Source: Nemertoderma westbladi (taxonomy: Eukaryota > Animalia > Xenacoelomorpha). Taken from it: DNA of 32,393 nt. Where the stretch lies: assembly GCA_032718475.1 (NCBI GenBank), contig JAUCBJ010003155.1, forward strand, positions 1-32,393, in the 5' to 3' direction. A program made the position numbers and the translations under genes. The notes beneath the pieces were generated by a model. The model had not been told where the DNA came from. It worked only from the letters and a program-made list of their open reading frames with translations, and did not search any database. Below are positions 21,108 through 31,247 of this stretch, piece after piece. The stretch's first letter is position 1, and the number at the start of each line of letters is the position of its first letter.

Positions 21108-22793
21108 TTAAAAGGCCCCAGATTTATATGACTTATGATCGGGTGCTTGCCATTTCTTTGATGGTTTGTGTTCAGTACTTTTCTGTTTACGTTTTAGGTT
21201 GACCTTCTTTGCTCGTTCTGCAAGGTCACCATCATCTTCCTCAAGGCCAAGCTTCTTCAAAATTATCTGTTCTGCTGAACACCCCCGATTGTGAACTAAA
21301 ACAGTATACGAAACATGAAACATGAGTGTACTTAGACCCACAAACGTTTCTTTAGATAGACGAGTCCATAGCCGTGAATGCAGAGATTCGTTCGGATTTT
21401 GTGTGAGGCCAGGGATACAGCGTTCCAGAATTTCGCTCGTTGTTAGGCGTTCATAAACAGGTAAAATAAACTTCATGTTTGCCTCTTTTATAAATGTTAC
21501 ATTTTTGTAACTTATAGCATTGTTTTTGAATTTACACCACTTATTTTCAGGGCATAACTCATGTTGTTTCTCAACATTATCTCCATAATCACAATAGTGA
21601 TGTGTTGCAGCCACGATTTCACTTCGAATCGTGCTTATGAGCACTGATTTTTCAGTCTCTGAGAGTTTATCTATATCAACATCTGCTATATTCTTCACGA
21701 TCGTATTTCGGTAATATGACTGCAATTGGTGACATCGACTATCAGTCAACCCTCCCTTGCCTCCAAGTTTATGAGTTTTGCGAGCATTGGAAAGACCTGT
21801 ATATAGACGCTTCGCAACGTGGTTCAGGCACTCTTTCTTCTGCACTGTTACATTCTGCTCTCTGTAAGGATCGGACTCCAATATGTTCTTCATAACGCTG
21901 CTGTCGCCATCCGATACCATTGATTGATATATGACACCATTATTTGATAGGGATCTATTGAATAGTTTAACAGCTAAATGAGGTTCCATACCTGAACTGG
22001 ACCCTGAATAATTTATATTACACTCATGATCAGCATTGCCATCTTCTTCTTTGTTGCGGCTACAAATATTACAGTATTTTGAACAAACATCGAAATCAAT
22101 GACATGTCCTGTATTTTCGGATATGATAAACGCGGCACCATAAAGTGATTGATGGCCTCTTTTCATCCATGTACCGTCAAAAGATATACATATTTCCCTG
22201 TCAATCTCTTTCATTGCACAATTTTTTGCATTTCCTCGTGCAAGTGATTCCGTGACCTTCGAGATTTCGTTGACATGAAATTGCCAGGCTCTCTTCGCAA
22301 CAGGAGATGGTAGTGACATTATTCTAGAAAACGTCTCTGCATCACCATGGGTCCCACCAACACAAAGCCAAGCCAGTACTGCACGAAGATTCACATCCGC
22401 TGTTTTTCTTCCAGGACGAGGTTCTGTTCGAGAAACTTGGTCGCTCGTGAAAGTAGAATATTGCCAATCACAACGTGAACATTTCCCCTCAAAATTGGTA
22501 CTATAACCACGATGTGACTCATTTATCACTACTGTACCGTCACATTGCTTATCATCATGTTTCTCCATTATCAGTTTCTTTATTATTTGCGTTGCTACAA
22601 CGTTATATCCCTCCAACTTTCCATCTGAGGGTAGGACATTCAGATTCGATGCTATTAGCGACGGTTCTCGATCTTTTGGCACTACCGGTACCGGTACTGA
22701 AATCGATTTCATATGCGCGAGGTTCAATGTACCGGTATCTTGTTTCTTGGTTCCTCGAAATCCTGCTTTCCGTTGTTGAGTTATTCGTGGCAT
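21108..22793 (-). CDS. Intact DDE transposase, Kolobok/Mutator-related (resembles the Kolobok-Hydra type)
   Basis: SFDGTWMKRGHQS (first D), SKYCNIC..HECNINYSGSSSGME, SDGDSS (second D), ECLNH (CxxH), TQNPNES (E); N-terminal H..C..CSRC zinc motif; ATG start, no stops over 561 aa. Confidence 0.88.
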   Translation of the reverse strand: MPRITQQRKAGFRGTKKQDTGTLNLAHMKSISVPVPVVPKDREPSLIASNLNVLPSDGKLEGYNVVATQIIKKLIMEKHDDKQCDGTVVINESHRGYSTNFEGKCSRCDWQYSTFTSDQVSRTEPRPGRKTADVNLRAVLAWLCVGGTHGDAETFSRIMSLPSPVAKRAWQFHVNEISKVTESLARGNAKNCAMKEIDREICISFDGTWMKRGHQSLYGAAFIISENTGHVIDFDVCSKYCNICSRNKEEDGNADHECNINYSGSSSGMEPHLAVKLFNRSLSNNGVIYQSMVSDGDSSVMKNILESDPYREQNVTVQKKECLNHVAKRLYTGLSNARKTHKLGGKGGLTDSRCHQLQSYYRNTIVKNIADVDIDKLSETEKSVLISTIRSEIVAATHHYCDYGDNVEKQHELCPENKWCKFKNNAISYKNVTFIKEANMKFILPVYERLTTSEILERCIPGLTQNPNESLHSRLWTRLSKETFVGLSTLMFHVSYTVLVHNRGCSAEQIILKKLGLEEDDGDLAERAKKVNLKRKQKSTEHKPSKKWQAPDHKSYKSGAF

Positions 22794-23184
22794 ACTGTAT
22801 TATAAAAATTATATCGTCAACGATGTATGTACAATTTTCGATTCGAAGATGGAGGACGCTCTATAGTCTGTGTCCGTCAAAACTGCTGATTGCATTGATT
22901 GAAACACCAATACAGCATACAGTTAGTAACTAAAACATAACAATGTGCAAATTCTCGTTTTAAACTTCCCGCTAAAATACATTCCAACCTGTAATAACTT
23001 ATTAGCCAATACAATGATTTCAGTGCAACAAGCCGGAAATTTTGTTAATTTTTGTCATTTTTTTCAAATAATTTTCAGGATGCGTGTCTATATAATGAGC
23101 CATAACTCGAAAACTAGACAAGCTAGAAATAAACTGTTTACAGATTTGAAATCTCCATAAAATTTGCTACAAGAAACGGGTATA

Positions 23185-23341
23185 AAATTTTTTTTATATT
23201 TTTTGTAGTATTAACTAATATTAAATAGCGAAAATTAAAATTTGTGTGACCTGTCATGTAGAATAGCATCTTAGGTACCAATATTCCAAATTATAGCCAA
23301 AAATAAAAAAAATTTGAAACACAGAGTGATAAATCGAAGAG
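23185..23341. repeat. Inverted homolog of 14523-14685 (transposon subterminal sequence)
   Basis: TGACCTGTCATGTAGAATAGCATCTTAGGTAC and AGAGTGATAAATCGAAGAG are exact reverse complements of blocks at ~14592-14623 and 14523-14541. Confidence 0.9.
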
Positions 23342-23674
23342 AAAAATTAAAAAAATTATTTGAATAATTTGAATTATCAATTATTATATAAAACATATGT
23401 AACAAAAAAACAGTGAAATTTCGAGCTTTCTATCGGCAGATCGAAGAACAGAAAGTCATCAAAGATTTACCCACAAATGCATAAAGATCAGACTAACATC
23501 TGTATTTGCACATCAACTAACATTTGCATTTCAATCAATTACAAAACATTCGAACATTCGTTCTTAATAATGAATCTCATAAACTATTTAATGATTTTAG
23601 TAGAATGCGATGTGGGGAATCTACAGTACAGTACATATGCCAATTTGATATAAATTTAAATAAATAATATCTTT

Positions 23675-23739
23675 ATGTGGGATTGAACCCTCTATCTCGA
23701 TGTCCAAGTCCAACGCTCTACCAAGTGAGTAAATGCGCC
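23675..23739 (-). pseudogene. Degenerate tRNA-derived sequence (tRNA pseudogene or SINE head)
   Basis: The minus strand reads GGCGCATTTACTCACTTGGTAGAGCG...GGGTTCAATCCC, giving A-box-like and B-box motifs. The acceptor and anticodon stems do not pair properly. Confidence 0.6.
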
Positions 23740-24041
23740 ATACTTTATTTATCAAGTGAGAAAATCCAAAGTGGAAATCAACAACAACAACAACAACAAA
23801 AACAAAAACAAACTGAGTAGCATTCTACAGGACAAGCTACCCCGACCTTAAGATGGGTGAAAGATTATTATTGAGAGAAACCAGGAAACATAAACTAGCA
23901 TTATTTATTGGTCATTTACATTTTATTTTATTCTCATTGTTGATCCCATAGCGTTTGTTTCAAACAACAAAAAGCTTATGGTGATGGTAAAGACACACTC
24001 TAAAGTAGGATCCGTACTGTAGTATCACTGTTATTATCACT

Positions 24042-25078
24042 GTTTACGTCGCGTTTCGGCAACTGTCACGTTTAGGCAACTCAAATTCGCGTTTCGGCAA
24101 CTGAACAATTACGTTTCACCAACTGCTATAGTTGTGTTTCGGCAACTCGTAGTTGCATTTCGGCGAACTGAAGTCGCGTTTCGGCAACTAGGTCTCAAAC
24201 CCTCGTATGTAATGTAACTGTGACTACATTAATTATGTAAGTAAACTATAAATGATGACAAGTTTAAGTTAGTTATAGTTTTTGACGGCAGAGATGTTAA
24301 CTGTTGGAGTTGAGTTAGTTAATTTTAAATATACCGCAGGTGAAGTTGTGGATGTGTACGTTTGGAACTGGAGTCTGTCTGTCTGAAACACAAATCCCGT
24401 TTTCAATTTCCAAGGGGGACCGCACCTTGCCGGGCGGGGTTTACAGCTACAACTTCAGTAATAATTAATTTCAGTTAATATTTTGTTGAATTGGTAAGTT
24501 TTTGAATGATTTTTTTTTAATATTTTGCTCACTCAGGCTTACCGGTACAATATTACGGTTACAAGGGGATATAGACTTCCACGACATGTGTAGTAGCCCT
24601 AACTTTGATTTTATGGATCAGACAAAATAACAATAATAATTATAATTCATTCATTGGTGGTTGTGTGTAGGCCTCCGGTAATAGTCAGTAGTGTTGGAGA
24701 AGGCGTGGGTAAACTAATGTAGAATGAAATTGAATAATGGGAAACGTAATGAGGCAAAGGTAATAAACTATATATTGTAGGCTCTATAGGTCTACAGTAT
24801 CCAGTTGGCCTTTGTTTACGAGTTGCCGAAACGCATCTATCAATTGCCGAATCGCATCTATCAGTTTGCCTAAGCGCCTGTTAACAGTCCCTGTTAACAG
24901 TCCCTGTTAACAGTTGCCGAGATGCAACTATGAGTTGCCGAAATGAAACTATGAGTTGCCGAATCGCGATCTCTCAGTTGCCGCAACGCAACCTTGTTAC
25001 CATGTTGCCGAAACGCGACTATGAGTTGCCGAAACGCGGCTCTAACTCTACTATCAGTTGCCGAAACGCGACAACACC
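24042..25078. mobile_element. Foldback MITE with tandem GCGTTTCGGCAAC subterminal repeats and 8-9-bp TSD TTATCACT(G)
   Basis: Repeats run forward at 24050-24190 and inverted at 24820-25072; TSD at 24034-24041 and 25079-25086. Confidence 0.85.
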
Positions 25079-26026
25079 TTATCACTGGCCATTTTATCTT
25101 AGTTCCTGTGCCTATTTATTAATTACTTATATATAATTTAGATCTTTCTCTTTCTCTTTCTCCCTGCCTCCATCAAATCAAAATCAAATCAAAAGCTCAC
25201 AGAGAGTTTGTATGTTTTTCAATATAAGTTACGAAAATCTGTAATGTATTGCACAACGTTTATTTAGCTAATTTTTAGAAGTATAATGGTTGGTAGCTTT
25301 AATATTGCTGTAGCTAGTATTGCTATCTTTTGACGTCGTGATGCGCAATTATAAATTGCAGAGCTGTTGCCATCACACTCTAAAGGTCATGTCGTTCCCT
25401 GCCATTTCCCATCTTAGCAATATAATAATAATAATAATAGTATTAAATACCGTATTCACTAGTAATATATATAAATGAAGTAATTATCCAAAAGAAAGTA
25501 AAAGATTTGTTGTCTGAAATTTAAATTATTTACCATCACATATGTTTAGTGTAATGATAAAAAGAAGAAATATGGCCGCTGATAATGATGATGATGAAAC
25601 TTGGTGTTATTTCAGAATTTGACATATACGGGGGGTCAATAAGAGAAACCCCCCCCCCCCCCATCCGTGACCCCCCCCCCCCCCACACCTCTGTGACCCC
25701 ACCACCCCAACCCCCCCCCCCCACCCCTCCGTGGTTTTTTTCTTATAACTCTGAAACAAACGCAAATGGGAATCTGAAACTTTATGACCTTTCCTAAAAA
25801 TCTATTGTCTTCCTAATAGTGAAAACTGTTTTTGAAAATAATGGAAAGTTTTTTTAGTTATCGCACAATGTTTAAACCCAAATTTTTGCACTCTTTAAGG
25901 CGTTTTTAGAAAATTACAGTCTATGAAATATGATTTGTAACATATCTATTTTTGATTTAGACCAGTTTTTTGGTGTTCGCAATCATCTCAAATAAAATAA
26001 GCTATAAATTTTAAACTTTAGTTTTA

Positions 26027-27757
26027 CGGCGAGTGCCAAATTTTGGTGCCAGCACCAAATTTTAAAATGTAACATTTGTAAATTAATTGTTTGAACCTGT
26101 TTTTTGCGCAATAGGTGTTTTTTGGGTTTCTGTTTTCGATAGAATATATACGAGTTGCACCAGGCATATCAAACTTGTATTTTTCGGTGCTCTGTGCAAA
26201 ATTTGGTGCCAGACCGAAATTTTGAAAATCCATTCAATAGTTCAATTGATTGTGATGGATTATTGATGTAGAGCAATTGATTATGATTCAATCGTTTTAT
26301 AGGGGTTCTTGGATAGGTCTAATTTAGGACAACACTGTTGTATTGGGGACAACAGTCAAAAAGACCTACCAACAGTAAGGAAAACTCACCAACTGTCAGC
26401 CAGATAGACTACCAACAGTTAAGGGCTTCAAAAAATTTCCGACTATCTAAATAGGATTACTTAAATTCGAAATAATCAAATAGGATTACTTAAATTCGAA
26501 ATAATCAAAGTTAATAGCAGCTGATAGCCGTAACTAAGGAATTGACATCATTCTGTACAATAGTGCAGTAGGCCTACCGAACACTTACAGTTGTTAACAC
26601 AGTATTCAGGTATCCGGGAACGGCAAGGACGTTGGTTTAGTATAGTTTGCAGTACCGACACAAGTCAACACATTCAAACATTGAGCATTGTCTGTATGTT
26701 GTGACAAGACAGAATACCCGTCATCGTACTGCAATATTATTCAACTGATAGGAAGATTATCGCCATCAACCTGGATAATATACGGAAATGTATTTGATCC
26801 CATCGCGCACAAAGCACTTTATCCGTTACCGGTTGAGGGTAGAGATCCCATTTTTTTCTTCTACCGGTACCGGTGGCTGCGAGCAGTACAGTCGCGCAAT
26901 CGCAGCCAGCGATTAACAGTCATCTGTCGCAACATCAAATCAACACCAAAGAACAGTCTGTCGCAACTTAATCCTGAATGTGTTGAATTGAGTCGGTATC
27001 GCAAACCCCAGTAATAATGATTTTATTGGTTCTTGGTGGTCTGGTTCCCGGATTCCATTATACTGTCTAAACAACTTTAGGCTAAGGTTTCGGTAGGCCT
27101 ACTGAAGTACGGTACAGGATGACGTAATTTACTTAGCTACGGCTATCTGCTGATATTATTTTGATTATTTCGAATTTAAGGGATCCTATTTAGATAATCG
27201 GCAATTTTTGAAGCCCTTGACTGTTGGTAGACTATCTGGGACTGTTTTCTGACTGTTGTTGGTATCTTTTTCACTGTTGTCCCCCCAATACAATAAAATT
27301 GTCCTTAATTAGACCTATCTGGGGTTCTGAATTCAATGGAATGATGAATTATCTAACTACAGCTGTAGACATCTCAAACCTGTATTTTTCGGAAGTAGTT
27401 GCAAAATTTTGTGCTAGCACCTAAGTTGGAAACCCATAAAATATATCAATTGATTGATTGTTTCTTGTGTTATTCGGGTTTGTGAAGGTTCTGAATTCAA
27501 TAAAAGTAAAATAAAAGCAAAAATTGCATTAGAGATCTCAAATTGTATTTTTCGGTGGTGGGTGAAAATTTTATGCCAGCACTAAATTTTTGAAAATAAT
27601 TAAATTAATCAATAGATGGTGTCATCTTGTTTCTTACGTTATACGAGTTTATGAGGGTCCGGAATCCGATGGTATCAATAAAAACAGCACTGGACATCTC
27701 ACACTTGTACTTTGTGTTGATGCATACGAAATTTGGTGCTAGAACCAAAATTTGCCG
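26027..27757. mobile_element. TA-flanked element with ~30-bp imperfect TIRs and degenerate ~160-bp internal tandem repeats, interrupted by a MULE MITE
   Basis: TA|CGGC..AAATTTTGGTGCCAGCACCAAATTT versus AAATTTGGTGCTAGAACCAAAATTTGCCG|TA; the TGTATTTTTCGG..AAATTTGGTGCCAG unit recurs on both sides of the insert. Confidence 0.65.
26311..27320. mobile_element. Mutator-type MITE with ~270-bp TIRs and 9-bp TSD GGGGTTCT(T/G)
   Basis: Arms 26311-26581 and ~27089-27320; ends GGATAGGTCT / AGACCTATCT; TSD at 26302-26310 and 27321-27329. Confidence 0.88.
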
Positions 27758-27894
27758 TATTACGCCTAAAATACGAGTAGCTATGATCTGGAAAAATAGA
27801 AATGCATTCCATTAGATTCCATTCCATTAGTCTGTGAATCATATTGTATGTAACTACAGAAGTTTACAATGCTATGATTATTACAGTGACTAAC

Positions 27895-28082
27895 TTGACG
27901 TGGTTTATTTCATCGTGTCCCTGAACAGAAAAGTAATTGGAGGGGGAATTGATATCCAGGTCCGTAAATGAACTCTCTAGGAGGTTTTCTTGAGACATGA
28001 AACTGAGTTTATCTTGTCCCAGTCCATTGAATGTGGCGCTTGAGATTTCTATCCCTTGGTCATCATAGAAAACGACCTTGAC
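27895..28082 (-). CDS. Internal coding exon (188 nt) of a host gene, uncharacterised invertebrate domain
   Basis: Acceptor CTGTTAG|, donor |GTTAGT; open frame VKVVFYDDQGIEISSATFNGLGQDKLSFMSQENLLESSFTDLDINSPSNYFSVQGHDEINHV; the phase-0 start matches the upstream exon. Confidence 0.78.
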
Positions 28083-28240
28083 CTAACAGTAATATGTTTC
28101 GATGTTTAAAATAATTAAACTTTTGATATTCTTTGATTATATAGTAATAGTAGAAATCAATGATCCCGTTACTATTCTAAAACGAAATGTTTCAAAATGT
28201 ATTTCTTGCATGTTTTTACAATAATAATATGATTTTTATA

Positions 28241-28370
28241 ACACAATTTAGTATCTTGTGAGCACAGCATGATATCTTGCATGATACTTAATATATTGTG
28301 CCACAACTTACTATCTTGTAAGCACAACTTAATATCTTGTGCCACAACTTACTATCTTTGTCCCACAACA
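28241..28370. repeat. ~21-bp tandem repeat (CACAACTTAATATCTTGTG)
   Basis: About six degenerate copies. Confidence 0.8.
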
Positions 28371-28380
28371 TCACCAACAC

Positions 28381-29129
28381 GGTGTACGGACAAATTTAAC
28401 CCGGACAATTCCGACCCACTCAGAGATCGAATGGAATTTTCATGGGTCGGAATTGTCCGGGTCGGAATTGTCCGAATCCAGCATAGGACAATTCCGAACC
28501 AAATTATTTAAAAAAAATAATAATAAATAATAGTTTTATTTAATATTACATTGTTTTATTATTCAACATAAGATTGCTGTGTCCTTAGATATTCTTTGGT
28601 CGAGACACTCGAATCTCGAACAGTTCGCAATTGTACGAGACACGATTACTATGTAATTTTATTGTGGCATTGTACTTTTCGAATTAAGGATATTCTGCAC
28701 TAACTTTACTAATCTGTTTTGAGCACACACCCCCATCCAAATATTTAATAATAGCTAGTTTTTTTTGAAAATGTTTTAAAACATATTAGCTATAAAGGAA
28801 AATATTAGTTTTCTAGAACACAGATTTTTGTTATTGATTACCGGTAATTTCAATTAAAATTATTATATTTATTTGGACCGGACAATTCCGACCTAGGACA
28901 ATTCCGACCCGGACAATTCCGACCCGGACAATTCCGACCCGGACAATTCCGACCTAGGACAATTCCGACCTAGGACAATTCCGACCTAGGACAATTCCGA
29001 CCTAGGACAATTCCGACCTAGGACAATTCCGACCCAGGCAATTCCGTCCTATTAAAAATTCATCCGATCTCTGAGTAGGTCTGAATTGTCCGGGTCGGAA
29101 TTGTCCGGGTTGGAATTGTCCTAGCATCC
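28381..29129. mobile_element. Foldback MITE with 15-16-bp GGACAATTCCGACC repeats and probable TSD ACCAACA(C/G)
   Basis: Repeats occur in both orientations; ACTCAGAGATCG / CGATCTCTGAGT inverted pair; TSD at 28373-28380 and 29130-29137 (7 of 8 match). Confidence 0.85.
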
Positions 29130-29436
29130 ACCAACAGATACTTGGTAAGTGTCATTATCTGCTTAGTGTAAATCTATTTTTAGACCTGCATTGAAGTAGG
29201 TTAAAAAGACCATTTATTTTTGTGCTAATTTTTAATCATGTTATATATGTACTTAATTTGAAATGTATTAATTACTATAAAATAATTATATTCTGTCATA
29301 AATCGACTCTCCAATTTCAAAAGAATAGGAAAACGTTTTATAAAAATCACTCCTACATAGAATATCTAATAACCCCGTATATATTCATACTGTAATTTAT
29401 CTAATCCGAAAATAACAATATATTTGAGTGGCTTAC

Positions 29437-29600
29437 TTTATGCACATTATTCCAAGTGTTGACACGTTCCGATTTACAATTCTCGGAAGATAGCAGCGTG
29501 GAACCGCCACCGGCACAACCAACAACGCGAGAACTCGTCCAAAGATCATATACGTCTTCATCAGATCGAGTCCAAACTTTTAGTGCCAATTCATAAAATG
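29437..29600 (-). CDS. Internal coding exon (164 nt) of the same host gene
   Basis: Acceptor TTTTCGCATTTATAG|, donor |GTAAGC; frame FYELALKVWTRSDEDVYDLWTSSRVVGCAGGGSTLLSSENCKSERVNTWNNVHK; ends in phase 0. Confidence 0.78.
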
Positions 29601-29668
29601 CTATAAATGCGAAAATTGTATTAATAATTAATTATAAATTAAGTAAAGGAATATTTAATTAAATTAAA

Positions 29669-30609
29669 GCTGGATGACAGCCAGTTCCGCATCGCCGTTG
29701 CCATGCGGCTGGGAAGTAAGGTAGTCGAGCCGCATACCTGTCGCTGTGGTAGCCTGGTAGCTGCTGATGGTCTCCATGGTATCTGCTGCCAGAGGAGCGC
29801 TGGCCGGCATCCCCGCCACGCTATGTTGAACGATATAGTAAGGCGGGCGCTGGTCACCTGCGGGGTGTCCCCCATCCTTGAGCCCCCAGGTCTCTGTCGG
29901 AGCGATGGTAAGAGGGTTGACGGGGTTACAGTGATGCCTTGGAACCGCGGCCGCTCATTGGCCTGGGACGCAACCCTAACGGATCCCCTCGCCCCGAGTC
30001 ATCTCCAGCAGACCCTCATCGCTGGTGGCCGTGCTGCTGAGGAGGCTGAGCGGGTGAAGATTAGGAAGTATAGCGAGTTGGTAGAGCATGGTCGCTGCTA
30101 CTTCAGTCCCGTGGCCTTTGAGACCTTTGGTCGACCCGGACCCGAGACTGCCAGCTTCCTCCAGGAAGTCAGGGCGCGTCTTCATGCTCGGACCCATGAG
30201 CAACGGTCGCACCAGTTTTTGCTGCAACGCTTGGCGGTGGCAATTCTCATGGGAAACGCGGCGTCGGTGGTGGGAACCATGGACACACCCTTCCACTACA
30301 TCGGACTGTTTGATGGGGTTGATGGGTGATGGTGACTGTAACACAAGCGCCTGGCACCGCACCGCGTCAGGAAAAACAACTTATTAATACTCGCAATTGA
30401 ATAATCTAAATTTAAATTTTCCACTCTATAATCCAATTGATTTTTCTTATGTTTCTCTGTCAATATGCAAATATTCAAATTGATTGTGTTTTATACATAT
30501 ACATATATCTATACATTATTTATTGTGCAATGTTCTAAATTTTACTCTTTATTTATAATTAAATGCTTGAATAAATAGACCTAATAGTAATAAAAAAAAA
30601 AAAAAAAAA
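29669..30609 (+). mobile_element. 5'-truncated CRE-clade (RLE-type) non-LTR retrotransposon with poly(A) tail
   Basis: Open frame 29670-30329 with RLG, zinc knuckle CRC..H..CC, RH..LND, KRVDG (PD-like), WDAT, K..KY and FETFG; AT-rich 3' UTR; poly(A) at 30592-30609; TSD-like (AA)TTAAATTAAA on both sides. Confidence 0.88.
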
Positions 30610-30701
30610 TTAAATTAAATAAAAGTTAAATTAAGGAATATTTAAAATAAACAGCTTTAGAATGAACAGTCAGATGTATAGGCCTACCGGCTTACGGTAC
30701 A

Positions 30702-30819
30702 TGTATGTGTAGGTGTAGGTGTAGGTGTAGGTGTATGTGTATGTGTATGTGTATGTGTATGTGTAGGTGTATGTGTAGGTGTAGGTGTAGGTGTAGGTGT
30801 AGGTGTAGGTGTAGGTGTA

Positions 30820-30856
<37 letters not shown>

Positions 30857-31041
30857 GTGTAGGTGTATGTGTAGGTGTATGTGTAGGTGTAGGTGTAGGT
30901 GTAGGTGTAGGTGTAGGTGTATGTGTAGGTGTAGGTGTAGGTGTATGTGTATGTGTAGGTGTAGGTGTAGGTGTAGGTGTAGGTGTAGGTGTATGTGTAG
31001 GTGTAGGTGTAGGTGTAGGTGTAGGTGTAGGTGTATGTGTA
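30702..31041. repeat. Compound hexamer microsatellite (GTGTAG/GTGTAT)n
   Basis: Uninterrupted 6-bp period with two interspersed variants. Confidence 0.97.
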
Positions 31042-31247
31042 GCCTAGGTGTAGGCATAGCGTTTACCCCCAAAAATGAATACCATCTGGAAATCAGACAT
31101 CTCCCATTAACAAAGACCAAGTTCAGATCAAATCCAACCATAAGGGCGGACTGTTTTAATATCAACCGTAAGGTATCAGCTAGCTTACCCACCTATAGCA
31201 AATTAATAGGAAAGTAGTGACTACACCACATAGGATCCTGCATCTTT

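Noticed and set aside
23675-23739. Functional tRNA gene
   Set aside because: The cloverleaf stems are broken; it is kept only as a tRNA-derived relic.
23778-23851. (CAA)n plus CCCGACC|TTAA as the transposase element's terminus
   Set aside because: Only 4 bp match a candidate partner at ~20941, which is not enough.
23430-25525. Candidate downstream exons near 23.5 kb and 25.5 kb
   Set aside because: Acceptor-like sites are present, but the peptides lack the expected conserved motifs.
25648-25730. Poly-C tracts as a G-quadruplex element or proline-rich ORF
   Set aside because: These are low-complexity homopolymers within probable TE sequence, and run lengths may be sequencing-prone.
31066-31192. 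Additional upstream exon of the minus-strand gene
   Set aside because: Splice-like sites exist, but the open frame ends in phase 0 whereas the next exon needs phase 1, and no motif is recognisable.
30692-31217. Poly-HL/HI and poly-CR/CM ORFs
   Set aside because: They are translations of the hexamer microsatellite.
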